DNA of 24,497 nt from Gemmatimonadales bacterium. GTDB taxonomy: Bacteria; Gemmatimonadota; Gemmatimonadetes; Gemmatimonadales; GWC2-71-9. Below the pieces are notes generated by a model. That model made no database searches, was not told the origin of the DNA, and saw only the letters and a list, made by a program, of their open reading frames with translations. Location: NCBI GenBank assembly GCA_035455865.1, contig DATIEF010000137.1, positions 1-24,497 on the forward strand, in the 5' to 3' direction. Within the stretch, counting starts at the first letter, position 1. Each line of letters starts with the position of its first letter. Positions 8,015 through 18,041 of the stretch are shown one piece after another. The position numbers were made by a program, and so were the translations under genes.

Positions 8015-8490
8015 CGGACCGGCTCCACGGTGGCGACGGCCATCACCGCGATCCCCTCCGCCCGGCCGATCCAGCCCATCCCCTCGTTGGTCTTGGCCTT
8101 GACCCCGACCGCATCGGGTGTCACCCCGAGCGCCGTGGCCAGCCGCTCGGCGATGGCGGGGAGGTGCGGCGCGAGCTTCGGGCGCTCGCAGATGACGGTG
8201 ACGTCGCCCTGGACGAACCGCCACCCCTTGGCCTGCACCGTGGCGTGCGCCGCCGCGAGCAGCTTCATCGAGTCGGCGCCCTTCCATTGCGGGTCGGTAT
8301 CGGGAAAGAGGCGCCCGATGTCCCCGGCGGCGGCGGCGCCGAGGATGGCGTCGGTGAGCGCGTGGGCGATGGCATCGGCATCGGAATGGCCGGTGAGCCC
8401 GCGATCCGAGGGGATGGCGACGCCCCCCAGGACGAGCGGCCGTCCGGCCTCGAAGCGATGCGAATCGTACCCGATCCCGGTGCGGCTCAC
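8011..8490 (-). CDS. ispF: 2-C-methyl-D-erythritol 2,4-cyclodiphosphate synthase
   Basis: RTGIGYDSHRF, LVLGGV, GHSDAD, HALTDAILGA, GDIGRLFPDTD, VKAKTNEG. Confidence 0.96.
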   Translation of the reverse strand: MSRTGIGYDSHRFEAGRPLVLGGVAIPSDRGLTGHSDADAIAHALTDAILGAAAAGDIGRLFPDTDPQWKGADSMKLLAAAHATVQAKGWRFVQGDVTVICERPKLAPHLPAIAERLATALGVTPDAVGVKAKTNEGMGWIGRAEGIAVMAVATVEPVR

Positions 8491-9545
8491 GCCGCCGCCG
8501 TCTCTTCGATGATCGAGTAGTCCTGCCGGCGCCGCCGGGCGGCGTAACCGGCGTCGGTGATGAGCCGCTCGATCTCGGTGAGCGTGGTGCGGTAGGTGGT
8601 GCCGGCGGCCGAGACGACGTTCTCCTCCATCATCAGCGAGCCGTAGTCATTGGCGCCGAAGCGGAGCGCCACCTGGCCGATCTTGTGCCCCATCGTGACC
8701 CACGAGGACTGCAGGTTCGGCACGTTGTCGAGGACGATCCGCGCCATCGCGAGGGTGCGCAGGTAGGTCACGGCGTCGGTCTTGGCCTGGCCGGTGAACA
8801 TCGGCGTGCCCTCGGGCTGGAGCGGCCAGCAGATGAACGCCGTGAAGCCGCCGGTCCGCCGCTGCACGGCGCGGACCCGGAAGAGGTGCTCCACCCGGTC
8901 CGCGCTGGACTCCCCCAGGCCGTACATCATCGTGACCGACGTCTTCATCCCCTGTCGGTGGGCCTCCTCCTGCACGTCCAGCCAGGCATCGGTCTGCGCC
9001 TTCTTCTTCGCGACCCGCGCGCGGACCGCGTCGACCAGGATCTCCCCGCCCCCGCCCGGAATGCTGTCGAGGCCGGCCGCGCGGAGCTGCCGGATCACCT
9101 CCGGCACCGGGAGGTGGAAGCGTTCGCTGAAGAACACCACCTCCGACGGCGAGAAGCCGTGGATGTGGATCGGGTGGTGACGCTTGATGTAGCGGAGCAG
9201 GTCGAGATACCACTCGAACGGGATATACGGGTTATGACCGCCCTGGAAGAGGATCTGCACCCCGCCGATGGCCTTGCATTCGTCGATCTTGGCGCCGATC
9301 TGCTCGTAGCTCAGGACGTAGCCGTCGTGGTCCTTGGGGCGCCGGTAGAACGCGCAGAACCCGCAGTCGGCGACGCAGACGTTGGTGTAGTTGATGTTCC
9401 GGTCGATGATGTACGTGACCGTGGGCTCCGGGTGGTGCTTCCATCGGAGGGCGTCAGCCTGGCGCCCCATCTCGAGCAGGTCCGCCCGTTCGTAGAAGTC
9501 GAGCGCTTCCCGGAATTCCGGCGAGGAACGGTCCACGGTGTCCAT
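8487..9545 (-). CDS. mqnC: Cyclic dehypoxanthine futalosine synthase (radical SAM)
   Basis: DRNINYTNVCVADCGFCAFYR (CX3CX2C), LFQGGHNP, SIPGGGGEIL, FTAFICW, NLQSSWVT, GANDYGSLMMEENVV. ATG at 9545, 2 nt after the mqnA stop. Confidence 0.9.
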   Translation of the reverse strand: MDTVDRSSPEFREALDFYERADLLEMGRQADALRWKHHPEPTVTYIIDRNINYTNVCVADCGFCAFYRRPKDHDGYVLSYEQIGAKIDECKAIGGVQILFQGGHNPYIPFEWYLDLLRYIKRHHPIHIHGFSPSEVVFFSERFHLPVPEVIRQLRAAGLDSIPGGGGEILVDAVRARVAKKKAQTDAWLDVQEEAHRQGMKTSVTMMYGLGESSADRVEHLFRVRAVQRRTGGFTAFICWPLQPEGTPMFTGQAKTDAVTYLRTLAMARIVLDNVPNLQSSWVTMGHKIGQVALRFGANDYGSLMMEENVVSAAGTTYRTTLTEIERLITDAGYAARRRRQDYSIIEETAAA

Positions 9546-9547
9546 GG

Positions 9548-10369
9548 TCAGGCCGCGGTGATGAACGAGAGTGAACGGTCGGGCACTGCGCCATCCTGCG
9601 CCAGCCGGCGGAAGAACATGGTCAGGCCCTCGAGGTGGCGGGCGCCCAGGGCGTAGTCGAGGGTCCCGAGATAGTCGCGGCAGACGGCCTGGTCGACCCC
9701 GGTGGCCTGGGCGGCGTCGTGTGCCAGCTCGTCGAGGTGGGCCAGTCCCCACGCCCGGCCCTCCAGCAGGCGGTGGTGCACCGCGCGCACCGCCCCCGGG
9801 TCGGATGAGCGCCGGGCGGCCCAGACGGCAAAGACGAACGGCAGCCCCGTCCAGTCCTTCCACGCCGCGCCGAGGTCGACGGCATACGGGTATTTCTTCT
9901 GGGCCGCCAGGAGCAGCGCCGCATCACCGATGACGAGGACGGCGTCGTGGGGGAACGCCTCGAGCGCCGCCAGGTCGGTCGGTTCGGCCCGGACCGACGC
10001 GAACCGGGGGCTCACGCCCCACCGGTGCCGGCAGAGGAGCTCGAGCAACAGGACCGACGTATGGGACGACGTGGTCCGAAGCACCGCGCGGTCGCCCAGT
10101 TCGGTCGGGGGCACCCGGGCAAAGAGCATCACGCTGTGGACCGGGCCGTCGGAGGTGATGGCCAGGCCGGGCAGCAGGTGGTACTGCGGGGCGTGCCGGG
10201 CGTACTCCACCGCCGACACCACGCTCACATCGAGCTCGCCGGCGGCGAGCAGGTTGTTGAGGTCGGCCGCGGTGGCCGAGACGAGCTCGGCCGGCATCGG
10301 CACCACCCCCCGGTCGATGGCGCCGTAGACCGGGTAGCAGTTGATGTACGGGATGCGGCCGACCCTCAT
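9548..10369 (-). CDS. mqnA: Chorismate dehydratase (futalosine pathway)
   Basis: MRVGRIPYINCYP, GPVHSVML, SSHTS, LVIGDAAL, DLGAAWKDWTGLPFVFAVW. Confidence 0.92.
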   Translation of the reverse strand: MRVGRIPYINCYPVYGAIDRGVVPMPAELVSATAADLNNLLAAGELDVSVVSAVEYARHAPQYHLLPGLAITSDGPVHSVMLFARVPPTELGDRAVLRTTSSHTSVLLLELLCRHRWGVSPRFASVRAEPTDLAALEAFPHDAVLVIGDAALLLAAQKKYPYAVDLGAAWKDWTGLPFVFAVWAARRSSDPGAVRAVHHRLLEGRAWGLAHLDELAHDAAQATGVDQAVCRDYLGTLDYALGARHLEGLTMFFRRLAQDGAVPDRSLSFITAA

Positions 10370-11568
10370 GCGGCGTGCACCACGGGCAGCTCCCGGCCGG
10401 GAACGTGCGCCGGATCCGGCGGGGTCGGCAGGTCGTCGAAGGTCTCGCGCACGGTGGCATACAGGCTGTCGCGCTCGACCGGGCGCTTGCCCGCCCCCCG
10501 GATCAACCGGACGAGGTCGAGGTACTGCATGTGCATCTGGGTCCGGGCGCCGGCCTCGTGGTAGACCCGCTCATACACGACCGTTCCCTCGACGTCGTCA
10601 CATCCCCAGGACAGCGCCACCTGCGACATGAAGGGCGTGACCATCGGCCAGTGGGTCTTCACGTGGGGCACGTTGTCGAAGTAGAGCCGGCCGATGGCGA
10701 TGTTCTTGAGGTCCTCGTACCCGGTGGTGGCGGTGCCGACCCGGTGGAGCGCCTCACCGAGCTCGTTGTTCTCGGTGTGGTAGGCCAGCGGGATGTAGGT
10801 CAGGAACCCGCCGGTCTCGTCCTGGAGCTCGCGCAGCATCGTGAGGTGCTCCACCCGGTCGCGGGCGGTCTCGACGTGGCCGTAGAGCATCGTGCAGTTG
10901 GTGGGGATGCCGAGCCGGTGCGCGGTCCGGTGGACGCGGATCCATTCCTCGCCGGTGAGCTTCCGCTCGGCGATCGTGGCCCGGACGGCGGTGCTGAACA
11001 CTTCCGCCCCGCCACCCGGCATCGAGGTGAGGCCGGCATCCTTGAGCTGGAGGAGCACGTCCTCCTCGGTGGTCCTCTCGATCCGGGCCAGGTGCGCGAT
11101 CTCGACCGCCGTCAGCGCCTTGATGTGGACGTCGGGATGCCGGGCCTTGAGCCCGCGCAGCATGTCGGTGTAATAGCTGAGCCGGAGCTTCGGGTGGAGC
11201 CCGCCCACGATGTGGAATTCGCGCGTCGGCATCCCGCGGGCCTGCTCCGCCTCGTGGTACACCTCGTCGAGGGAGCGGGTGTAATGCCCGTCCTCCTTCG
11301 GCATCCGGGCGAAGGAGCAGAAGGTGCAGGTATTGCGGAGGATGCAGACGTTGGTTGGGTTGATATGCTGGTTGGCGGAGAAGAACACCCGGTCGCCGTT
11401 CTTCCGGTCGTTGGCCCAGGCGGCCAGGGTGCCGATGGCCAGGAGGTCGTGCGACTCGTAGAGCGCGATGCCGTCGGCCGGGTCGAGCCGGCCGCCGGCC
11501 GCGACCTTCTCCGCGATGGGCCGCAGCGCCGGGTCCCGGAACTGGGCGGGGTCGAGCTGAACTGACAT
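10366..11568 (-). CDS. mqnE: Aminofutalosine synthase (radical SAM)
   Basis: NQHINPTNVC...CTFCSF, FHIVGGLHP, HIKALTAVEI, SMPGGGAEVF, NCTMLYGHVE, ERVYHEAGA; adjacent to mqnA and mqnC. Confidence 0.9.
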   Translation of the reverse strand: MSVQLDPAQFRDPALRPIAEKVAAGGRLDPADGIALYESHDLLAIGTLAAWANDRKNGDRVFFSANQHINPTNVCILRNTCTFCSFARMPKEDGHYTRSLDEVYHEAEQARGMPTREFHIVGGLHPKLRLSYYTDMLRGLKARHPDVHIKALTAVEIAHLARIERTTEEDVLLQLKDAGLTSMPGGGAEVFSTAVRATIAERKLTGEEWIRVHRTAHRLGIPTNCTMLYGHVETARDRVEHLTMLRELQDETGGFLTYIPLAYHTENNELGEALHRVGTATTGYEDLKNIAIGRLYFDNVPHVKTHWPMVTPFMSQVALSWGCDDVEGTVVYERVYHEAGARTQMHMQYLDLVRLIRGAGKRPVERDSLYATVRETFDDLPTPPDPAHVPGRELPVVHAA

Positions 11569-11639
11569 CCTATCCCCTTGGGATGCAGGGTCTTACCACG
11601 CCCAAATCTAGCCGGTCGCGCCGGGCCCGTGCCAGTTGA

Positions 11640-12572
11640 TCACGCGGGGCCGGGCTCCACGTCGTCGAGGCGGGAGACATCGATGCTGAGCACCCCGTCC
11701 GGGCCCGGCGGATCGAACATCCCGGCGAACCGGCTGCCCCACAGGATCTCGCCGGCGCGGTAGGACGACCGGGCGTGCACGCTCTGGGCAAAGGTCTCAT
11801 CGGTGCCGGTGAGGAGGATGAGGACCTCGGCGTCGGACTCGACCAGGTCGCGGTGGGTGAGCCCCCAGAACGGGCTCCCCTCGGCGATCGGGTGGACCAC
11901 CGTCCACGCGAGCGGGAAGAAGGCCACCCGCCGCCGCTCCAGCTCCAGCTCCTCGAACTTCCTCGCCTTGCGGCCATCGTGATCGACCAGGCGGGCCAGC
12001 AGGACCTTGGCCTCCACGTCGATCATCTGGCTCTCGCGCTCGTTGACGATCCGGAACTCGAACGCCGTGTGCCCGCGGTACGGGGCGATGAGCGCGTGCT
12101 CGGAGAAGCGGACCTGGGCCCGCGGCCGGGAGAAGCGCGCGAAGATGATCCCGGTGGCGAGCGCCACGCCCAGGAGCCCGACCAGCGACTCGACCACGAC
12201 GAGCGCGTTGGCCGCGTGGCCGATCGGCACGATGTTGCCGTAGCCGATGGTGGCGAAGGTCTCGACGCTGAAGAAGAACGCCCGGCCGAACTGCTGCATC
12301 CCCGGGTCGCCGGCGGCGGCGCTCAGCGCCCCGGGGCCGCACGCCAGGAAGAGGACCGCAAAGAGCAGGTTGACGCCGAGGTACGCGGCGGTAAGGAGCC
12401 CGAGGAACGACGGCCACGACATCTTGATCAGCGCGTGGTACGGGCTCAGCGCGGCGAGTCCCAGCCCCGCGCGCCGGACGTTGAAGCTCCCGTCGCGATT
12501 GAGGAGCCGGTGCCCGGGCCGGTCGGCGACGACGGACCCGAATCCGAGGTCCCGCTCCTCGATCACGCCCAT
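11640..12572 (-). CDS. Inward-rectifier potassium channel (KirBac family)
   Basis: Two TM helices around FFFSVETFATIGYG (selectivity filter), FARFSRP, then the cytoplasmic WTVVHPI...SP, DETFAQSVHARSSY domain. Confidence 0.92.
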   Translation of the reverse strand: MGVIEERDLGFGSVVADRPGHRLLNRDGSFNVRRAGLGLAALSPYHALIKMSWPSFLGLLTAAYLGVNLLFAVLFLACGPGALSAAAGDPGMQQFGRAFFFSVETFATIGYGNIVPIGHAANALVVVESLVGLLGVALATGIIFARFSRPRAQVRFSEHALIAPYRGHTAFEFRIVNERESQMIDVEAKVLLARLVDHDGRKARKFEELELERRRVAFFPLAWTVVHPIAEGSPFWGLTHRDLVESDAEVLILLTGTDETFAQSVHARSSYRAGEILWGSRFAGMFDPPGPDGVLSIDVSRLDDVEPGPA

Positions 12573-12593
12573 GGTTCATCCCCCCAAGCGAAC

Positions 12594-12623
12594 GACCCCC
12601 CGGCCCCGGAGGGCCGAAGGGTC
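12594..12623 (-). terminator. Putative intrinsic terminator hairpin after fabF
   Basis: Minus strand GACCCTTCGGCCC-TCCG-GGGCCGGGGGGTC, a 13-bp stem with two G-U pairs; U-tract is weak (GTTCGCTT). Confidence 0.5.
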
Positions 12624-12647
12624 ACTGGAGGCGCCCCGCTCATCGGG

Positions 12648-13889
<1,242 letters not shown>

Positions 13890-13892
13890 GGG

Positions 13893-14135
13893 TTACTTCC
13901 CGATCTTCTCGTGGAGGTACTTCATCGCATCGCCCACGGTGCGGAGCTTCTCCGCGTCCTCGTCGGGGATGTCGATGTCGAATTCCTTCTCGAACGCCAT
14001 CACGAGCTCGACGGTGTCGAGGCTGTCGGCGCCCAGGTCCTCCATGAAGCTCGCCTCGCTGGTGAGCTTCTCGCGCTCGACACCGAGCTCCTCGACGATG
14101 ATGTCCTTGACCTTGTCCTCGACGTTGCTGCTCAT
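13893..14135 (-). CDS. acpP: Acyl carrier protein
   Basis: [10 protein letters not shown]...[20 protein letters not shown]; GAGGAG Shine-Dalgarno before ATG 14135. Confidence 0.97.
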   Translation of the reverse strand: MSSNVEDKVKDIIVEELGVEREKLTSEASFMEDLGADSLDTVELVMAFEKEFDIDIPDEDAEKLRTVGDAMKYLHEKIGK

Positions 14136-14169
14136 GGGCTCCTCAAGAGGCTTGAAAAGGGATCCGACC

Positions 14170-14925
14170 CTAGATGACCATCCCACCATCGACCACCAGG
14201 ACCTGCCCCGTGACATAGGCGGCAAGATCCGACGCCAGGAACAGCACGGCGCCCGCCACGTCCTCCGGCCGGCCCAGCCGTTCCAGCGCGATCTCCTTCA
14301 ATAATGCGGCCCGCGCGTCGGGCGGCAAGGCCGCCGTCATGTCGGTCTCGATGAAGCCCGGGGCCACGCAGTTGGCCAGCACGTTCCGGCTCGCGTATTC
14401 CTTGGCCACCGACTTGGTGAACCCGACCAGCCCCGCCTTGCTCGCCGCGTAGTTGGCCTGGCCCTTGTTGCCCGTCAGGCCCACGATGCTCGTGATGTTG
14501 ATGATCCGCCCGCCCCCGCGCTTCATCATCCCCTTGAGCACGGCCTTGACGGTGCGGAACGCCCCCTTGAGGTTGGCGTCGAGCACCTGGTCCCATTCGT
14601 CCTCGCCCATCCGGAGCAGCAGGTTGTCCCGGGTGATGCCGGCGTTGTTGACCAGGATGTCCACCGGCCCGAGCTCGCGGGTCACGGCGTCGACGGCGGC
14701 CTGGATCGACGCGGCATCGCCGACGTCGCACGCATAGCCGCGGGCGCGCTCGCCGATCTCGGCGGCGACGGCCTGCGCCCGGGTCGCGTCGCGGCCGAGG
14801 ATCGCGACCTTGGCCCCCGCCCCGTGCAGCGCGGCCGCCACGGCGCGCCCGATGCCCCGGGTGCTGCCGGTGACGAATGCGGTCTTGCCGGAAAGGTCGA
14901 TCGGACCGGGCATCGAAGCGCTCAC
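14170..14925 (-). CDS. fabG: 3-oxoacyl-ACP reductase
   Basis: [29 protein letters not shown]. Start is either GTG 14925 (overlapping the fabD stop) or ATG 14913. Confidence 0.95.
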   Translation of the reverse strand: MSASMPGPIDLSGKTAFVTGSTRGIGRAVAAALHGAGAKVAILGRDATRAQAVAAEIGERARGYACDVGDAASIQAAVDAVTRELGPVDILVNNAGITRDNLLLRMGEDEWDQVLDANLKGAFRTVKAVLKGMMKRGGGRIINITSIVGLTGNKGQANYAASKAGLVGFTKSVAKEYASRNVLANCVAPGFIETDMTAALPPDARAALLKEIALERLGRPEDVAGAVLFLASDLAAYVTGQVLVVDGGMVI

Positions 14926-15848
14926 TGGTTCAGGAACTTCTCGACCTCATCGGCGCTGCCGAGCGGCGTGCTCGCGGCGCCGGGGACGATCTTCTTGAGA
15001 AGCCCGGAGAGCACCGTCCCGGGCCCGAGCTCGACATACGCCGCGCCGGGCGCCGACCGGGCGGCCTGTTGCTGGCACTCGACCCACCGGACCGGCGCGG
15101 TGAGCTGCTCGGCGAGGAGCCGGATCGCATCGGCCGCCGTGGCGACCGGCCCCGCGCTGGCGTTGGCCACGACCGGGAACCGGGGATCCCGGAACCCGGC
15201 GGCCGCCAGCGCATCCCGGAGCCCCGGCACGGCGGGCGCCATCAGCGGGGAGTGAAATGCGCCGCTCACCTTGAGCCCGATGACCCGCTTGGCGCCGCGG
15301 GCCTTGCACCCCTCGCCGGCGCGGGCCACGGCGCCGGGATCGCCGGAGATGACGGTCTGGGTCGGCTCGTTCAGGTTGGCGGCCACAGCCACCTCAGCCG
15401 CGGTCGAAGCTTCGGCGCAGGCCGCCGCCACCTGGTCGGCGTCGAGGCCCAGCACCGCGGCCATCGTGCCGGCCCGCCGGGTGCCCGCCTCGTACATCAG
15501 CTCGCCGCGGCGGCGGACCAGCTTCGCGGCCGCCTCCGGCGTGAGCGCGCCGGCGGTGACATATGCGCTGTACTCCCCGAGACTGTGTCCCAGCGCCACC
15601 TGCACCGTGCCCAGCCGCGGCTGCACCACGGCGAAGACCGCCGCCGTGTGGGCCAGGATCGCGGGCTGGGCGTTATGGGTCCGGGTGAGCTCTTCCTCCG
15701 GGCCCTCCCACATGATCCGGGAGAGGGCGACGCCGAGCGCCTCGTCGATGGCGCGGAAGGTGTCGCGGGCGGCGGGAAAGCGCTCGGCCAGGTCCTTGCC
15801 CATCCCGACCCTCTGCGCGCCCTGGCCGGGGCAGAGGATGACCGTCAC
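14922..15848 (-). CDS. fabD: Malonyl-CoA:ACP transacylase
   Basis: CPGQGAQ, QPAIL, GHSLGEY, VSGAFHS. Confidence 0.96.
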   Translation of the reverse strand: MTVILCPGQGAQRVGMGKDLAERFPAARDTFRAIDEALGVALSRIMWEGPEEELTRTHNAQPAILAHTAAVFAVVQPRLGTVQVALGHSLGEYSAYVTAGALTPEAAAKLVRRRGELMYEAGTRRAGTMAAVLGLDADQVAAACAEASTAAEVAVAANLNEPTQTVISGDPGAVARAGEGCKARGAKRVIGLKVSGAFHSPLMAPAVPGLRDALAAAGFRDPRFPVVANASAGPVATAADAIRLLAEQLTAPVRWVECQQQAARSAPGAAYVELGPGTVLSGLLKKIVPGAASTPLGSADEVEKFLNQ

Positions 15849-16834
15849 CAGCGCACCACCGTGCTGCCCCAGGTGAACCCGGCGCCGAATGCGACGAGGA
15901 GGAGCAGCGAGCCGCGCTTGATGCGCCCGGCGGCCTCGGCCTCCACCAGCGCCAGCGGGATCGACGCCGAGGAGGTGTTGCCGTAGCGGTCGAGGTTGAC
16001 CATCACCTTGTCCATCGGCATCCCGGCGTGCTTGGCGGTGGCCTCGATGATGCGCACGTTGGCCTGGTGCGGCACCATCAGGTCGATCTCCTCGGCCTTG
16101 ACGCCGGCGCGCTTCAGGGCCTCATCGCACGCTTCGGCCATCGTCAGGACGGCGGCCTTGAAGACCTCGCGGCCGGCCATCTTCATCAGGTAGCTGCGAT
16201 CGGCGAGCACCTGGGCATCGAACGGGTGCGCCGCACCGCCGGCCGGACGGTAGAGCAGCTCGGCCAGCGTGCCGTCGGAGCGGATGAACGTCGAGAGCAA
16301 CCCGCGATCGCCGGTGGCCTTCCGCACCACGGCCGCGCCGGCCGCATCGCCGAAGAGGATGGCGGTCGAGCGGTCGGTCATGTCGGTGATGGACGTGAGC
16401 ATCTCGGCGCCCACCACGAGCACGTTCTCGCTCTGGCCCGACGCGATGAGCCCCTCGGCCAGCGTGAGTCCGTAGACGAAGCCAGGGCACGCGGCCGAGA
16501 TGTCGAAAGCCGCCGCCCGCTTCGCGCCGAGGAGCGCCTGGAGGTCGCACGCCGTGGACGGCAGGAGCCGGTCGGGAGTGGCCGTCGACAGGACGATGGT
16601 GCCGATGTCGTCCGGGCCGAGGCCGGCCTGGCGCAGGGCGACCGTGCTCGCCTGGCGGGCGAGCTCGGCGACGGTCATCCCGGGGTCGGCGTGATGGCGT
16701 TCCCGGATCCCGGTCCGCTCGACGATCCACTGGTCGGAGGTGTCGAGGGTCTTCTCGAAGTCGCGGTTGGTGACGACACGCGGGGGCACGGCCGTGCCCA
16801 GGCCCGCGATGTACGCGATCGGGCGGTGGGTCAT
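15845..16834 (-). CDS. fabH: 3-oxoacyl-ACP synthase III
   Basis: WIVERTGIRER, AACPGF (Cys), FGDAAGA, PHQAN, YGNTSSAS. ATG 16834 overlaps the plsX stop (ATGA). Confidence 0.96.
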   Translation of the reverse strand: MTHRPIAYIAGLGTAVPPRVVTNRDFEKTLDTSDQWIVERTGIRERHHADPGMTVAELARQASTVALRQAGLGPDDIGTIVLSTATPDRLLPSTACDLQALLGAKRAAAFDISAACPGFVYGLTLAEGLIASGQSENVLVVGAEMLTSITDMTDRSTAILFGDAAGAAVVRKATGDRGLLSTFIRSDGTLAELLYRPAGGAAHPFDAQVLADRSYLMKMAGREVFKAAVLTMAEACDEALKRAGVKAEEIDLMVPHQANVRIIEATAKHAGMPMDKVMVNLDRYGNTSSASIPLALVEAEAAGRIKRGSLLLLVAFGAGFTWGSTVVRW

Positions 16835-17850
16835 GCCGAGGCCGTCGCTTCGCGCCGGGCGAATTCCTCGCCGATGTGGCGGCTCAGGTTCGCCTCGACC
16901 GACTGGACCGCGACCCGGATGGCGTTCTTGATCGCGGTGGGGCCGGAGGACCCGTGCCCGATGATCGACACGCCCTTGACCCCGAGGAGGGGCGCCCCGC
17001 CGTACTCGGAGTAGTCGAGGGTCTTGAACGCCTTCTGGATGTCCTCGCGATCGAGGATGGCGGGTGCATCGCGCTTGAGGAGCCGCACGATGAGCCGGGC
17101 CACCGACTCGTAGAACTTGAGCACGACGTTGCCCACGAAGCCGTCGCACACCACCACGTCGATCTGGCCCCACTTGGCGTGGCCCACCAGGATGTCCCGG
17201 CCCTCGATGTTGCCGATGTAGCGGAGGCCCGCCGCCTGCTTGAGGAGGGCATGGGCCTCGCGGACGGCGGCGTTCCCCTTCTCGTCCTCCTCGCCGACGT
17301 TGAGGAGCCCGACCGCCGGCTCGGCGCGGCCGAGGATGTCGCGCATGTAGACCGTCCCGAGGCGGGCGAACCCGACCAGCTCGGCGGCGGTGCAATCGAC
17401 GTTGGCGCCGCCATCGAGGACCAGCACCGCACCGTCGGGGGTCGGGAACGGCGTCGCGACCGAGGCGCGCTTCACACCCTCGTGGAGGCCGAGCATCAGG
17501 GTGGAGGCCGCGAGGACCGCGCCGGTGTTGCCGGCGGAGACGTAGGCGTCGGACTTGCCCTCCTTCTGGAGGGCGAGCCCGACGACGAGGCTGGAGTTCG
17601 GCTTCTTGCGGACCGCCTGGAGCGGCTTCTCGTCCATCCCGATCACGTCCGGGGCGGCGATGACGTCCAGGCGCGAGCGGTCGATCTCAGGGTGCTTGGC
17701 GAGTTCGGGCTCCAGCACGTCCGGGCGCCCGACGAGCTGCACGCGGAACGTGGCGGGCAATTCCGCCAGGGCGAGGGCCAGGCCCTCGACCTCGGCGGCG
17801 GGGGCGTGATCGCCTCCCATCCCGTCCAGCGCAACGCGGATCACGCTCAC
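16831..17850 (-). CDS. plsX: Phosphate acyltransferase PlsX
   Basis: VALDGMGGDHAP, SAGNTGA, LDGGANVD, LLNVGEEDEKG, DVVVCDGFVGN, GGAPLLGV, HGSS. GTG 17850 (or 17844). Confidence 0.95.
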   Translation of the reverse strand: MSVIRVALDGMGGDHAPAAEVEGLALALAELPATFRVQLVGRPDVLEPELAKHPEIDRSRLDVIAAPDVIGMDEKPLQAVRKKPNSSLVVGLALQKEGKSDAYVSAGNTGAVLAASTLMLGLHEGVKRASVATPFPTPDGAVLVLDGGANVDCTAAELVGFARLGTVYMRDILGRAEPAVGLLNVGEEDEKGNAAVREAHALLKQAAGLRYIGNIEGRDILVGHAKWGQIDVVVCDGFVGNVVLKFYESVARLIVRLLKRDAPAILDREDIQKAFKTLDYSEYGGAPLLGVKGVSIIGHGSSGPTAIKNAIRVAVQSVEANLSRHIGEEFARREATASA

Positions 17851-18029
17851 TCGTCCCCGACTTCGACCGCCTTCTTGCCCCGGTAATAGCCGCACGTCGG
17901 ACAGACGCGGTGCGGCAACTTGGGGCTGGAGCAACGCGGGCACGCCTGCGTCTTCATCCCTGCGCCCGAATGGTGCCCGCGCCGGAGCCGCTTGCGGGAC
18001 TTGGACATCTTTCGCTTGGGAACGGCCAT
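17847..18029 (-). CDS. rpmF: 50S ribosomal protein L32 (Zn-ribbon form)
   Basis: MAVPKRKMSKSR...CPRC...PHRVCPTCGYY; GAGGA Shine-Dalgarno. Confidence 0.96.
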   Translation of the reverse strand: MAVPKRKMSKSRKRLRRGHHSGAGMKTQACPRCSSPKLPHRVCPTCGYYRGKKAVEVGDE

Positions 18030-18041
18030 GGGATCCTCTGA

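Noticed and set aside
14150-14172. AGGG-tcggat-CCCT-TTT mini-hairpin after fabG
   Set aside because: A 4-bp stem is too weak to call a terminator.
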